Source of the DNA: Acidobacteriota bacterium
GTDB taxonomy: Bacteria > Acidobacteriota > Vicinamibacteria > Vicinamibacterales > UBA2999
Direction of reading: 5' to 3'
Length of the DNA: 64,000 nucleotides
Assembly: GCA_020851325.1 (NCBI GenBank)
Contig: JADZCY010000212.1
Span: forward strand, 8,619 to 72,618
Program-made: the position numbers and the translations under genes
The notes under the pieces: generated by a model
The model's input: the letters and a program-made list of their open reading frames with translations, nothing else
Databases searched by the model: none
What the model was told of the DNA's origin: nothing
Shown here: positions 51,922 to 60,690 of the stretch, one piece after another
Layout of the letters: each line of letters opens with the position of its first letter
How positions within the stretch are numbered: the stretch's first letter is position 1

Positions 51922-52833
51922 ATGCCGACTGTTGTTCGCGCCCACCGTTGGTTCTGGCTCAGCACTGTCGTCGTTGTCGCCGTCGCCGCGGGTTTGCGGT
52001 GGACGTCGGCGCAGGCACCAGCCGACAATGCCGACGTGAAGGGCAAGATCGTTTTGATTACCGGGTCCACCGATGGACTCGGGCGTGAAGTGGCACGGCG
52101 CACGGCGGCGCGTGGCGCGCATGTCATCGTCCACGGACGCAATCAGGAACGCGGCAAGGCCGTGGTGGATGAAATCACGAAGGACGGCGCCGGCACGGCG
52201 CGGTTCTATGCGGCCGACTTCGCTCTGCTGGATGACGTGCGGACGTTTGCCGCCGCCATCCGGAGGGACTACGACCGCATCGACGTGCTGGTGAACAACG
52301 CCGGCGTGCTGCTGCGCGATCGGCAGGTGAGCCGCGATGGGCACGAGCTGCAGTTCGCGGTGAACTATCTCGCCGGCTTCCTGCTCACGCGCACGCTGCT
52401 GCCGATCATCGGCGTCAACTCTCCGGCGCGCATCATCAACGTCTCGTCACTCGCGCAGTCGCCGATCGACTTCGACGACGTGATGCTCGAGCGGCCCGGC
52501 CGCGCCGCGCAGGGCTATGGACAGAGCAAGCTGGCGCAGATCCTCTTCACGATGGATCTCGCCACGGAACTCAAAGATCGCCCCATCATCGTCACCGCTC
52601 TCCATCCGGCGACGATGATGGATACGACGATGGTGCGGCAGTCGGGCATGCCGTCGCGTTCCACCGTTGATGAGGGCGCCACGGCGCTGATGCAGCAGAT
52701 TGCCGGCGCGACGGTCGAGAGCGGCCGCTTCTACAACGGCCTGAACCCCGCGCGTCCGAACGCACAGGCCGAAGACGTCACCGCCCGCGCGAAGCTGCGC
52801 GAACTGAGCGTGAAGCTGACGGGAGTGAAATAG
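51922..52833 (+). CDS. short-chain dehydrogenase/reductase with N-terminal TM/signal segment
   Basis: KGKIVLITGSTDGLGREVA (TGxxxGxG), NNAG, and YGQSKLA (YxxxK). GGAGG 7 nt upstream of the ATG at 51922. Confidence 0.85.
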   Translation: MPTVVRAHRWFWLSTVVVVAVAAGLRWTSAQAPADNADVKGKIVLITGSTDGLGREVARRTAARGAHVIVHGRNQERGKAVVDEITKDGAGTARFYAADFALLDDVRTFAAAIRRDYDRIDVLVNNAGVLLRDRQVSRDGHELQFAVNYLAGFLLTRTLLPIIGVNSPARIINVSSLAQSPIDFDDVMLERPGRAAQGYGQSKLAQILFTMDLATELKDRPIIVTALHPATMMDTTMVRQSGMPSRSTVDEGATALMQQIAGATVESGRFYNGLNPARPNAQAEDVTARAKLRELSVKLTGVK

Positions 52834-52854
52834 ACGTTTGCCGGGACGCTTAAA

Positions 52855-53003
52855 GACACCACGAAGACCCGAAGGATCACGACCCTTCGACGTCACTCAG
52901 GGCAAGCGGCCGCGAAGCACACAAAGGAGAATGCTCTCTTTGTTTTCGTGCCCTTCGCGCCCTTCGCGGACGACGAAGGCTCGCTTCGTGCCTTCGTGGT
53001 TTC
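52855..53003 (+). repeat. CACGAAGG-family element with conserved core, copy B (downstream of the SDR gene)
   Basis: Core ACCCTTCGACGTCACTCAGGGCAAGCG (52882-52908), GCCCTTCGCGCCCTTCGCGG, and CTTCGTGCCTTCGTGGTTTC. Same orientation as copy A. Confidence 0.75.
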
Positions 53004-53022
53004 CTGTGATACCCGACGCCGC

Positions 53023-53994
53023 TCACGTATCCAGCCAGGCGTGGAAGGTGTACTCGCCGCGCACGTAGCGGGCGCCGACGGCGTCGTAGATGCGCACCGT
53101 GGCGATGTTGTGGTTCTGCGTCTGCGTTTCGGTGACGTCGCCGCGCTGATAGTTCTCCATCGCCAGCGATCGAATGAGACCGGCGTATGCGCCGGGCTTG
53201 TCGCGGCGGCAGGCACCGAGGCTGCCGATCCACAGCGCCACGCCGCCGACCGATGATGCGGGCTCGACGCGCCGCGTGCTCGCCCATCCGTGCAGCCCCC
53301 CGTGCCCGTCGTCCGCGACGACGATGCGATCGGCCATGCGGCCGGCGATGCACTGTTGCGCCCATTCTTCGTAGAACGCGTCGCTGCGATCGCGCGGCAG
53401 GTGCGGATCGAGATGAAAGCGGCCGCGGAAGCCGACGTACGCCTCGCGGGTGATAGCCAGCACTTCATCGACGTCGCGCGGTTCGAGCGGACGAACATGG
53501 CCGACCTCGCGGACTTCCGCCGGCGGTTCCCGGTGCGGGTGGGTGAAGTAGGTGACGAGCGCGTCCATCAGGCGGAAGCCGCGCGCCTCGAGCGCCGCCA
53601 CCGCCGCCATGTCGGCCACATCCACTTTGGCCGTCACGTGACGCACACCGCGTGCACGCCACTCCTCCACTGCTGCGCGCACCACCGCCTCGATGTGTCC
53701 GGGTGTGGCCGCGTCGCCGCGCAGCAGGTAGTCCAGCCGCGCCATCGGCACGCCGAAGAACGCCGTGTCCCACGGGAGCGATCGGCCCAACGCCACCGCC
53801 ATCTCATCGCCTTCACCCACGGCGAGTGCGAGATGCTCCTCGTCCGCACGCACGCGCGCCACTTCGGCGGCCAGCATCTGCTGCTGCCGCGCCCGCGACC
53901 ACACGCGGTGATGGCGATACGGCTTGAAAGGATAGGCGTCGGCCAGCCGCGCGAGGAGCGCGGCGTCGCCGGCGTCGAGAGATCTCGGCGTCAC
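53023..53994 (-). CDS. GNAT-family acetyltransferase (two-lobed, WecD-like architecture)
   Basis: C-terminal GNAT-like segment (GAYAGLIRSL...NHNIATVRIYDAVGARYVRGEYTFHAWL). The track start at 54060 would leave only 5 bp to the divergent GT2 gene, so the GTG at 53994 is preferred. Assignment is by motif only. Confidence 0.5.
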   Translation of the reverse strand: MTPRSLDAGDAALLARLADAYPFKPYRHHRVWSRARQQQMLAAEVARVRADEEHLALAVGEGDEMAVALGRSLPWDTAFFGVPMARLDYLLRGDAATPGHIEAVVRAAVEEWRARGVRHVTAKVDVADMAAVAALEARGFRLMDALVTYFTHPHREPPAEVREVGHVRPLEPRDVDEVLAITREAYVGFRGRFHLDPHLPRDRSDAFYEEWAQQCIAGRMADRIVVADDGHGGLHGWASTRRVEPASSVGGVALWIGSLGACRRDKPGAYAGLIRSLAMENYQRGDVTETQTQNHNIATVRIYDAVGARYVRGEYTFHAWLDT

Positions 53995-54065
53995 CGAGGG
54001 CCGATCATATCGCCTTTGATAGAATCCCGGTCGATGTCCACGCCGTCCGCGCGGCCGCACTGCTG

Positions 54066-54992
54066 ATGGCCAGCCTCGCTGTCGTCATCCCGGTCTATCA
54101 GGCCGAAGCGTCGCTGCGCCCGCTGTCGGACGAACTGATCCCCGCGCTCTCCTCGCTCGGCGTCGACTGGACCGTCTGGTTCATCGACGATGGCAGCACG
54201 GATGGGAGCTGGGCGGAGGTGGAACGCCTGGTGTCGGACGAGCCGCGCTACCGCGGCGTCCGGCTGATTCGCAACTTCGGCGAGCACGTCGCCATCACCG
54301 CCGGTCTCGATCGTGTGGAGGCGGACTACGTCGTGATCATGGCGTGCGATCAGCAGGACGATCCGTCGGCGATTGCCGCAATGCTGGGCGCCGCGCGCGG
54401 TGGCGCGGACCTCGTGCTCGTGCGCCGCATGCAGCGGCGTGACGCCTTCGTCAAACGTCTGCTGGCGCGCCTCTTCTACGCCTTCATCTCGCTGCTCTTC
54501 AGCATCGACTACGACTATCGCGTCGGCAACTTCCGGCTGCTGACGCGGCGCGCCGTCGAGTATTTCCGCAAGCACCGCGAACGCATGCGCAACGTCAACG
54601 CGATCATGGCGCTGATGGGCGTGCGCACCGCCTACGTCGACGTGCCGCACCGCGCCCGCCGGCACGGGCGTAGCAGCTACACGCTGATGCGCTCGGCGCG
54701 CATGGCGGCGTCGGTCGTCATCGGCTACTCCGACATCCCGCTCGTCGTCTCCGGCGCCATCGGTATCGTCCTCATGGCGGCGGCGGCGCTGTGGTCGATC
54801 GCCGTCGCCATCGGCCTCGCCGGTCCCGCGTCGGACGTGCGCATCGCCATCGCCGCGGTGGCCGGCGTCGGCGGTCTCATCCTCCTCAACCTCGGCATCG
54901 TCGGCGCCTATCTCGGCCGCGCCGCGCGCGAAGCCAAGGAGCGGCCGATGTATTTCGTCGGCGACACACTCAATGTGGAGGACGGGCATTGA
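54066..54992 (+). CDS. family 2 glycosyltransferase (polyprenyl-phosphate sugar transferase-like, two C-terminal TMs)
   Basis: LAVVIPVYQAE...WFIDDGSTDGS...RNFGEHVAITAGL...IMACDQQDDP. Hydrophobic C-terminus. Confidence 0.8.
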   Translation: MASLAVVIPVYQAEASLRPLSDELIPALSSLGVDWTVWFIDDGSTDGSWAEVERLVSDEPRYRGVRLIRNFGEHVAITAGLDRVEADYVVIMACDQQDDPSAIAAMLGAARGGADLVLVRRMQRRDAFVKRLLARLFYAFISLLFSIDYDYRVGNFRLLTRRAVEYFRKHRERMRNVNAIMALMGVRTAYVDVPHRARRHGRSSYTLMRSARMAASVVIGYSDIPLVVSGAIGIVLMAAAALWSIAVAIGLAGPASDVRIAIAAVAGVGGLILLNLGIVGAYLGRAAREAKERPMYFVGDTLNVEDGH

Positions 54993-55116
54993 CGGATTGA
55001 CGAATCGGGAGATTGGCGATTGTTGCCGATCGGCAACTGACGATTGGCGATTCGATTCGGCGATTGCTCGATTGCCCATCGGCAACAATCGCGAAATCCG
55101 CCGATCGAGCAATCAC
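54993..55116. repeat. CGATTG/CAATCG-family short-period repeat
   Basis: GATTGACGAATCGGGAGATTGGCGATTGTTGCCGATCGGCAACTGACGATTGGCGATTCGATTCGGCGATTGCTCGATTGCCCATCGGCAACAATCGCG. Confidence 0.7.
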
Positions 55117-55184
55117 CCCTGCCCTCCGCCTCCCGCCTCCCGTGTCACGCTCGGGTTGGTGTAAGATAACGAAGTTCGTTCGAA

Positions 55185-55260
<76 letters not shown>

Positions 55261-55261
55261 A

Positions 55262-55286
55262 CCTCCGCTCACGATTCAGGCGGAGG
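55262..55286 (+). terminator. hairpin directly after tRNA-Ala
   Basis: CCTCCGC-tcacgattcag-GCGGAGG followed by TTGT. Weak T-tract. Confidence 0.35.
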
Positions 55287-55289
55287 TTG

Positions 55290-55420
55290 TCTCGCCGAAG
55301 CCGCCGCGCGGCGAAGGCGGACAGCCCTCCAGTCCTCCAGTCCTCCAGCCCTCCAGTCCTCCAGTCCCCCGTCCTTTCTGTCCCCGCCGAAGCCGCTTGC
55401 GGCGAAGGCGCGCTGAACCT
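55290..55420. repeat. C-rich 8-bp-period repeat (reverse orientation of the GGCTGGAG family) flanked by a CGCCGAAGCCGC..GGCGAAGGCG direct repeat
   Basis: CCCTCCAGTCCTCCAGTCCTCCAGCCCTCCAGTCCTCCAGTCCCCC (55324-55370), between two copies of CGCCGAAGCCGCnnnnGGCGAAGGCG. Confidence 0.7.
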
Positions 55421-55437
55421 GCTATGGTGATTAGACC

Positions 55438-56103
55438 GTGCGTCTCCTTGCCCTGGCTTTCGCATCGCTGCTGGTCGCGACACCACTCGCGCAGGCGCCT
55501 CCGCCGGACGCCGCCGCGTTGGCCACGCGCGTGCAGGCGCGCTACGGCGCCATCAAGGACTTCGAGGGCGCCTTCGTTCAGTCCTACGAAGGCGGCGTGC
55601 TCCGGACGAAGACCACCGAGAGCGGCACTTTCCAGGTTCGCCAACCCGGCCAGTTCCGGTTCCTCTACACCAAGCCCGAGCGCAAGGAGTTCGTCTCCGA
55701 CGGCTCTTCGATCTACACCTACCTCGTCGTCGACAAGCAGGTGATCATCACCCCGGCGCCTGGCCCCGGCGAAGCGACGACACCGGCGTTGTTCCTGGCC
55801 GGCCGCGCCAACATGGCCCGCGATTTCACGGCGACGTTCACGCCGCTGCCCGGCGCTGCACAGGGGCTGCAGACGCTGCGCCTCGATCCACGCAAGCCCG
55901 ACCCCGACTACGAGTGGTTCGGCATCGGCGTCGACCCCGCGTCCCTGCAGATCCGCTTTCTCGTCGCCGTGGACCGCCAGGGCGGCCGCTCCGCGTTCAC
56001 TTTCAGCAACCTGAAGGAAAATGCGGGACTGACCGATAACACGTTCCGGTTCCGTATCCCCCGCGGGGTCGATGTCGTCCAGCATGGCGCCCGTCCCAAG
56101 TAA
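55438..56103 (+). CDS. lolA: outer-membrane lipoprotein carrier protein LolA-like
   Basis: Signal peptide, then RVQARYGAIKDFEGAFVQSYEGGVLRTKTTESGTFQVRQPGQFRFLYTKPERKEFVSDGSSIYTY. GTG start. Confidence 0.8.
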   Translation: MRLLALAFASLLVATPLAQAPPPDAAALATRVQARYGAIKDFEGAFVQSYEGGVLRTKTTESGTFQVRQPGQFRFLYTKPERKEFVSDGSSIYTYLVVDKQVIITPAPGPGEATTPALFLAGRANMARDFTATFTPLPGAAQGLQTLRLDPRKPDPDYEWFGIGVDPASLQIRFLVAVDRQGGRSAFTFSNLKENAGLTDNTFRFRIPRGVDVVQHGARPK

Positions 56104-57937
56104 CCGTCGCGGCACCCTCACGGTGCTCGCCCTCGTCTTGTCGCTGGCCTTCTCCGCCTGCGCGACAACGCGGAGCCTGTCCGATGCGCGGTTGGCGGAA
56201 AGCCGCCAGGACTACGACACCGCGGTCGCCGAATACACGCGCGCGCTCCGTCAGAACCCGAACAGCAAGGACGCCCGCTTCGGCCTCGAACGCGCCCGCC
56301 TGCGCGCCTCGCAGGATCACTTTGCCGCCGGCCGGCGGCTCGCCGCGCTCGGCAAACTCGAAGAGGCGGTCGTCGAGTATCAGATTGCCGCCGAGCTGAG
56401 CCCGCTGAACGGCGACATCCAGAACGAACTCCGCACCGTGCGCGGCCAGTTGCGCACACAGGTGGCCGTGCGCGAGGATGGCAAGACGCATCTCGAAGCG
56501 TTGATCGATCAGAGCCGCGGTGCGCCGCTGCCGGGCACTGAACTGCCGAGCGACGTCACGCTGCCCGAAACCCTGGTGTTCCGCGAGGCCAGCGCCCGCG
56601 ACGTCTACTCCGCCATCGCGCGCTTTGCCGGCATCAGCATCGCCTTCGATCCGACGTATCGCGATCAGTCGCTGTCCATCGACCTGCGGCACGCGCCGCT
56701 CGATCAGGCACTCAACTCCGTCGCCTCGGCCACGCGCACGTTCTGGCGCGTCACCACGCCGGGGACGGTGACCATCGTCCCCGACACGCAGGCGAAGCGT
56801 CGTGAGTACGAAGAGGAAGTCGTCCGCACCTTCTACCTGAGCAACGCCGACCTCAAGGAAACCATCGACATCCTCCGCATCGTCGTCGACGCGCGCCGCA
56901 TTGCGCCGCTGTCGGCCACCAACGCCATCACGATCAAGGACACGCCGGAGCGCATCACCGCGGCCGGACGCATCATTTCGGCCATCGACAAGGCGCGGCC
57001 CGAGGTGATCATCGACGTCGAACTGCTGGAGGTGGACCGCACGCACCTCAACGAGTTCGGCCTGCAGCTCGCCTCGCCGAGCACCTCGCCGACCGGCATC
57101 AACGGTCAGGTGGACGTCAATCGCGAGGGCCTGTCGCTGCGCGACCTGATGAAGCTGACGCAGTCGGACGTCTATCTGACGAACCTGCCGGCGCTCTATT
57201 ACCGCCTGCTGAAGACGGACAGCGCGACGCGCGTGCTGGCCAACCCGCAGCTCCGCACCTCCGAAGGCATGCCGGCGCAGGCGCGCTTCGGCGAACGCGT
57301 GCCGGTGCCGGTCACCACCTTTGCGCCGATTGCCTCGGGCGGCGTGCAGACGCAGCCGATCGTCTCCTACAACTACGAGAACATCGGCGTGAACATCGAC
57401 ATCACGCCGCGCACGCATCATGACGATGCGGTGTCGCTGGCGGTGAAGATCGAGTTGAGCAGCATCTCGGGCGCCGGGTTTGGCGGACTGCCGACGTTCG
57501 GCAACCGCTCGATTCAGACGGTGATTCGTCTGAAGGACGGTGAGACCAACATGCTCGCCGGTCTCATCCGCGACGAAGAGCGCCGCTCGCTCGCCGGCGT
57601 GCCGGGCCTCAGCGACATCCCCATCGTCGGCCGGCTGTTTGCCTACAACCGCAAGGAAACGCAGGAAACCGACATCGTCCTGACGCTGACGCCGCGGATT
57701 GTGCGCGTGCTGGATCTCACGGCCACGGATCTCGCGGCGTTCAAGGTAGGCCGCGATGGCACTCCCGGCAGCGTCGAACTGCCGCCGCTGCCGCTCCCCG
57801 CGCCGCAGGCCCCCGCGCCGGCCCGTCCGCCAGGTGTTGCGCCGTCAGCCGGCGACCCGCCGCAGGGCGCGCCTGGTACCACGCCGGCGACGCCAATCAG
57901 GCCGCCGAAGCCGCCGCCACCGATGGGCCACAGATAG
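56072..57937 (+). CDS. lipoprotein secretin (type II/III secretion system family) with N-terminal TPR region and Pro-rich tail
   Basis: Lipobox LAFSAC, TPR-like helices, and a secretin C-domain (LANPQLRTSEGMPAQARFGERVPVPV...FGNRSIQTVIRLKDGETNMLAGLIRDEERRSLAGVPGLSDIPIVGRLF...IVLTLTPRIV). Overlaps the lolA 3' end. Start is 56072 or 56084. Confidence 0.85.
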   Translation: MSSSMAPVPSNRRGTLTVLALVLSLAFSACATTRSLSDARLAESRQDYDTAVAEYTRALRQNPNSKDARFGLERARLRASQDHFAAGRRLAALGKLEEAVVEYQIAAELSPLNGDIQNELRTVRGQLRTQVAVREDGKTHLEALIDQSRGAPLPGTELPSDVTLPETLVFREASARDVYSAIARFAGISIAFDPTYRDQSLSIDLRHAPLDQALNSVASATRTFWRVTTPGTVTIVPDTQAKRREYEEEVVRTFYLSNADLKETIDILRIVVDARRIAPLSATNAITIKDTPERITAAGRIISAIDKARPEVIIDVELLEVDRTHLNEFGLQLASPSTSPTGINGQVDVNREGLSLRDLMKLTQSDVYLTNLPALYYRLLKTDSATRVLANPQLRTSEGMPAQARFGERVPVPVTTFAPIASGGVQTQPIVSYNYENIGVNIDITPRTHHDDAVSLAVKIELSSISGAGFGGLPTFGNRSIQTVIRLKDGETNMLAGLIRDEERRSLAGVPGLSDIPIVGRLFAYNRKETQETDIVLTLTPRIVRVLDLTATDLAAFKVGRDGTPGSVELPPLPLPAPQAPAPARPPGVAPSAGDPPQGAPGTTPATPIRPPKPPPPMGHR

Positions 57938-58387
57938 GCCACAGATGGCACAGACAAAGACAGGCCGCAGATGCACAGATAGCGCAGACGAAAAGACAGC
58001 CGCAGATGCGCAGATAACGGCCACAGATTTCCGGCCTCAGGCCTTAGCCCCCAGCCATCCAGTCCACCAGCCCTCCGGACCTCGTTTGGCCACAGAAAGC
58101 ACAGATTACGCAGATAAAGACAGGCCACAGATGCACAGATGCGAACGATCGCTAGATAGATCGTGAGCTCTCCACTTCGGAAGATTGATCACGAGATCAC
58201 CAGCTCACCAGCTCACCAGATTCGCGATCTCTGTATGCCGAAGCCCAGCCCTCCAGTCCACCAGCCCTCCAGGCCTCGTTTTGCCGCGGGTGCGAACGAT
58301 CGCTAGATAAATCGTGAGCTCTCCACTTCGGAAGATTGATCACCAGATCACCAGCTCACGAGCTCACCAGATTCGCGATCTCTATAT
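57938..58387. repeat. 444-bp repeat-only intergenic region: CACAGAT/GCAGATG block, CCAGCCCTCCAG blocks, and two 96-bp direct repeats
   Basis: 96-bp copies at 58141-58236 and 58292-58387 (GCGAACGATCGCTAGATARATCGTGAGCTCTCCACTTCGGAAGATTGATCACSAGATCACCAGCTCACSAGCTCACCAGATTCGCGATCTCTRTAT). The second copy covers the murA stop codon. Confidence 0.85.
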
Positions 58388-59635
58388 CTTCGAAACCCTG
58401 GCCCCCAGTTCCTGCAGTCGCTCGACGAGGCGGCTGTAACCTCTCTCCACAGTCTCGAGCGGCTCGACGCGGCTTTCTCCATCGGCGGCCAGCGCGGCGG
58501 CGATGAGCGCCATGCCGGAGCGGATGTCGCGGCTGTCCAGCGGCTTGCCGCGCAGGCGGCGTGGGCCGGTGACGATGATGCGGTGGGGATCGCAGAGGAA
58601 GAGATCGGCGCCCATGCCGCTCATCTGTTCCAGGGCGAAGAGGCGCAGTTCGTAGAGCCAGTCGTGCACGAGCGTCGCGCCGTCGGCCTGCGTGGCCAGC
58701 ACGGTGACGAGGCTGACGAGATCGCTGGGGAACCCGGGCCACAAGCCTGTCGTGATTCTTCCCGCGCCCACGAGCTTGCCCGGCCGCACGCGGAACACGT
58801 CGTCCTGCTGTTCGCAATCGACCTGCATCTTGCGCAGCACGCTGGCCACCACTTCCATGTCCACCGGACGCGTGCCGCCGATCTCCACTTCCCCGCCGGT
58901 GATGGCGCCGACCACCGCCCAGCTTCCGGCTTCGATGTAGTCGCCTTCGAGCCGCTTGGACGCGCCGCGCAGACGCGCGACACCTTCAACGCGGATGGTG
59001 TGCGAGCCTTCGCCACTGATGCCGGCACCCATGCTGCGCAGGAACTCGCAGAGTTCGACCACGTGCGGTTCGCAGGCGGCGTGGCGGATCTCTGACACGC
59101 CGGGTGCGGCGGCGGCGGCGAGCAACGCCGTTTCGGTGCCGGTGACCGACGCCTCGTCGAGATAAATCGACGCGGCCTTCAGTCCGTTCGGCACCTCGAA
59201 CCGATGACCGGGGCCTTCGATGGCGCGCGCGCCCATGGCCGTGAGCGCGTCGATGTGCGTGCGGATGGTGCGTCGCGCCGGGAAGTCGCCGCCCGGCGGC
59301 GCGACGTGCGCGGCGCCGCGTCGTGCGAGCAGCGGCCCGAGCAGCAGCACGGATCCGCGCAGGCGGCCGACGAGCGTGCTGTCGGGTTCGGCCTTCGTCA
59401 CCTCGCGGCACTGGATGCGCAGCGTCGTGCTGCCGATGCCCTCGACGTTGGCGCCGAGGTCCAGCAGCAGGCGCGCCATCACCTCGACATCAGCGATGCG
59501 AGGGACGTTGGTGAGCGTGCACGGCTCGTCGGTGAGCAGGCAGGCCGCCATCAGCGGCAGCGCCGCGTTCTTGTTGCCTTCGACGTTGACGCGGCCGTTC
59601 AACTGTCGGCCGCCGTGGATGACTAGCGTTGACAT
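58382..59635 (-). CDS. murA: UDP-N-acetylglucosamine 1-carboxyvinyltransferase
   Basis: MSTLVIHGGRQLNGRVNVEGNKNAALPLMAACLLTDEPCTLTNVPRIADV.... ATG at 59635 confirmed. Track ORF 58382..60748 is a read-through artefact. Confidence 0.95.
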   Translation of the reverse strand: MSTLVIHGGRQLNGRVNVEGNKNAALPLMAACLLTDEPCTLTNVPRIADVEVMARLLLDLGANVEGIGSTTLRIQCREVTKAEPDSTLVGRLRGSVLLLGPLLARRGAAHVAPPGGDFPARRTIRTHIDALTAMGARAIEGPGHRFEVPNGLKAASIYLDEASVTGTETALLAAAAAPGVSEIRHAACEPHVVELCEFLRSMGAGISGEGSHTIRVEGVARLRGASKRLEGDYIEAGSWAVVGAITGGEVEIGGTRPVDMEVVASVLRKMQVDCEQQDDVFRVRPGKLVGAGRITTGLWPGFPSDLVSLVTVLATQADGATLVHDWLYELRLFALEQMSGMGADLFLCDPHRIIVTGPRRLRGKPLDSRDIRSGMALIAAALAADGESRVEPLETVERGYSRLVERLQELGARVSKI

Positions 59636-59649
59636 GGGCAATGACAGGG

Positions 59650-59740
59650 ATGATTGACGGAATGCGGGATTTCGCGATTGTTGACGATGGGTGATTTCGC
59701 GATTGAGCGATTCGGGATGTCGAATGGGGTGATTGGCGAT
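59650..59740. repeat. CGATTG/GATTTCGCGATTG-family short-period repeat
   Basis: GATGATTGACGGAATGCGGGATTTCGCGATTGTTGACGATGGGTGATTTCGCGATTGAGCGATTCGGGATGTCGAATGGGGTGATTGGCGAT. Confidence 0.65.
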
Positions 59741-60690
59741 TAGCCGTCGAAGCCTAGGCGGACGACCTCTTCCTGAAGCGTCACGCCGAAGCGTGTGCGG
59801 ACGTCGTCGCGGCAGCGGTCGATCAGCGCCGCGATGTCGGCCGCGGTGGCGGTGCCGGTGTTGATGATGAAGTTCGCGTGCGTGGGTGACACCTGCGCGC
59901 CGCCGTGTACGACGCCTTTCAGGCCAGCGCGATCGATCAGCGCGCCGGCGGAGGCCGGAATGCCGTCGGGGATCTGCTGCCGCGCCGGATCGGGATTCAT
60001 GAAGATGCAGCCGGCGCTCGGCGATGCCAGCGGCTGCGTGCGCTTCCGAAACGCCAGCGATTCGCGCGCGACGGCGCGGAGTGCTTCGGGATCGGCGCCC
60101 GGTTGGACCATGAACGCCGCCCACACCACGATCTCGCCCGTGCGCTTCAGACGGCTGTCGTCGTAACCGAACTCCATGCGGTCCGACGGCACGTGCAGCA
60201 GCGCCCCGTTTGGCCGCACCAGGCGCACGCTGTCGACGAGGTCGCCGATGTTGACGGACTTCCAGTGTGCGTTGCCGTAGATGGCGCCGCCAACGGTGCC
60301 CGGCGTACCGGCCCAGGCCTCGAGGCCGGCCAGACCGCGATTGATCGTCCAGCGGACGAGGCCGTTGATGGTGACCGCCGCGTCCGCACGCACGAGCGTC
60401 GGTCCGGCGGGATGCACTTCCCCCCCGCGCGGCCGCAGCACGAGACCGCGGAGACCGGCATCGGCGACGAGGACGTTGGATCCGCCGCCGAGCACGCGGA
60501 CCGGCACACCGTGCGACGCCGCCAGTGTCACCGCTTCGATCAGTTCCGCGCTCGACGATGGTTCGAAGAGCACGTCTGCCGCGCCACCGACCTTGAACGT
60601 CGTCATCGGCGCCAGCGGCGCCGCTTCGCGGCAGCGATCGGCGCCGAAGCGCGTGCGCAGCGCGTCGAGAAACGGCGCCGATACGCTCAT
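59740..60690 (-). CDS. murB: UDP-N-acetylenolpyruvoylglucosamine reductase
   Basis: APLAPMTTFKVGGAADVLFEP...VRVLGGGSNVLVAD...SAGCIFMNP. The ATG at 60690 forms an ATGA overlap with the pxpC stop; the GTG at 60699 is an alternative start. Confidence 0.92.
   Translation of the reverse strand: MSVSAPFLDALRTRFGADRCREAAPLAPMTTFKVGGAADVLFEPSSSAELIEAVTLAASHGVPVRVLGGGSNVLVADAGLRGLVLRPRGGEVHPAGPTLVRADAAVTINGLVRWTINRGLAGLEAWAGTPGTVGGAIYGNAHWKSVNIGDLVDSVRLVRPNGALLHVPSDRMEFGYDDSRLKRTGEIVVWAAFMVQPGADPEALRAVARESLAFRKRTQPLASPSAGCIFMNPDPARQQIPDGIPASAGALIDRAGLKGVVHGGAQVSPTHANFIINTGTATAADIAALIDRCRDDVRTRFGVTLQEEVVRLGFDG

Noticed and set aside
57938-58387. Possible CRISPR array. The same question applies to the 16-mer repeats at 48296-48348.
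   Set aside because: The repeat units are 8-16 bp or 96 bp, without regularly spaced unique spacers of 25-40 bp. No cas genes are in the window. The same repeat families are scattered singly in many spacers.
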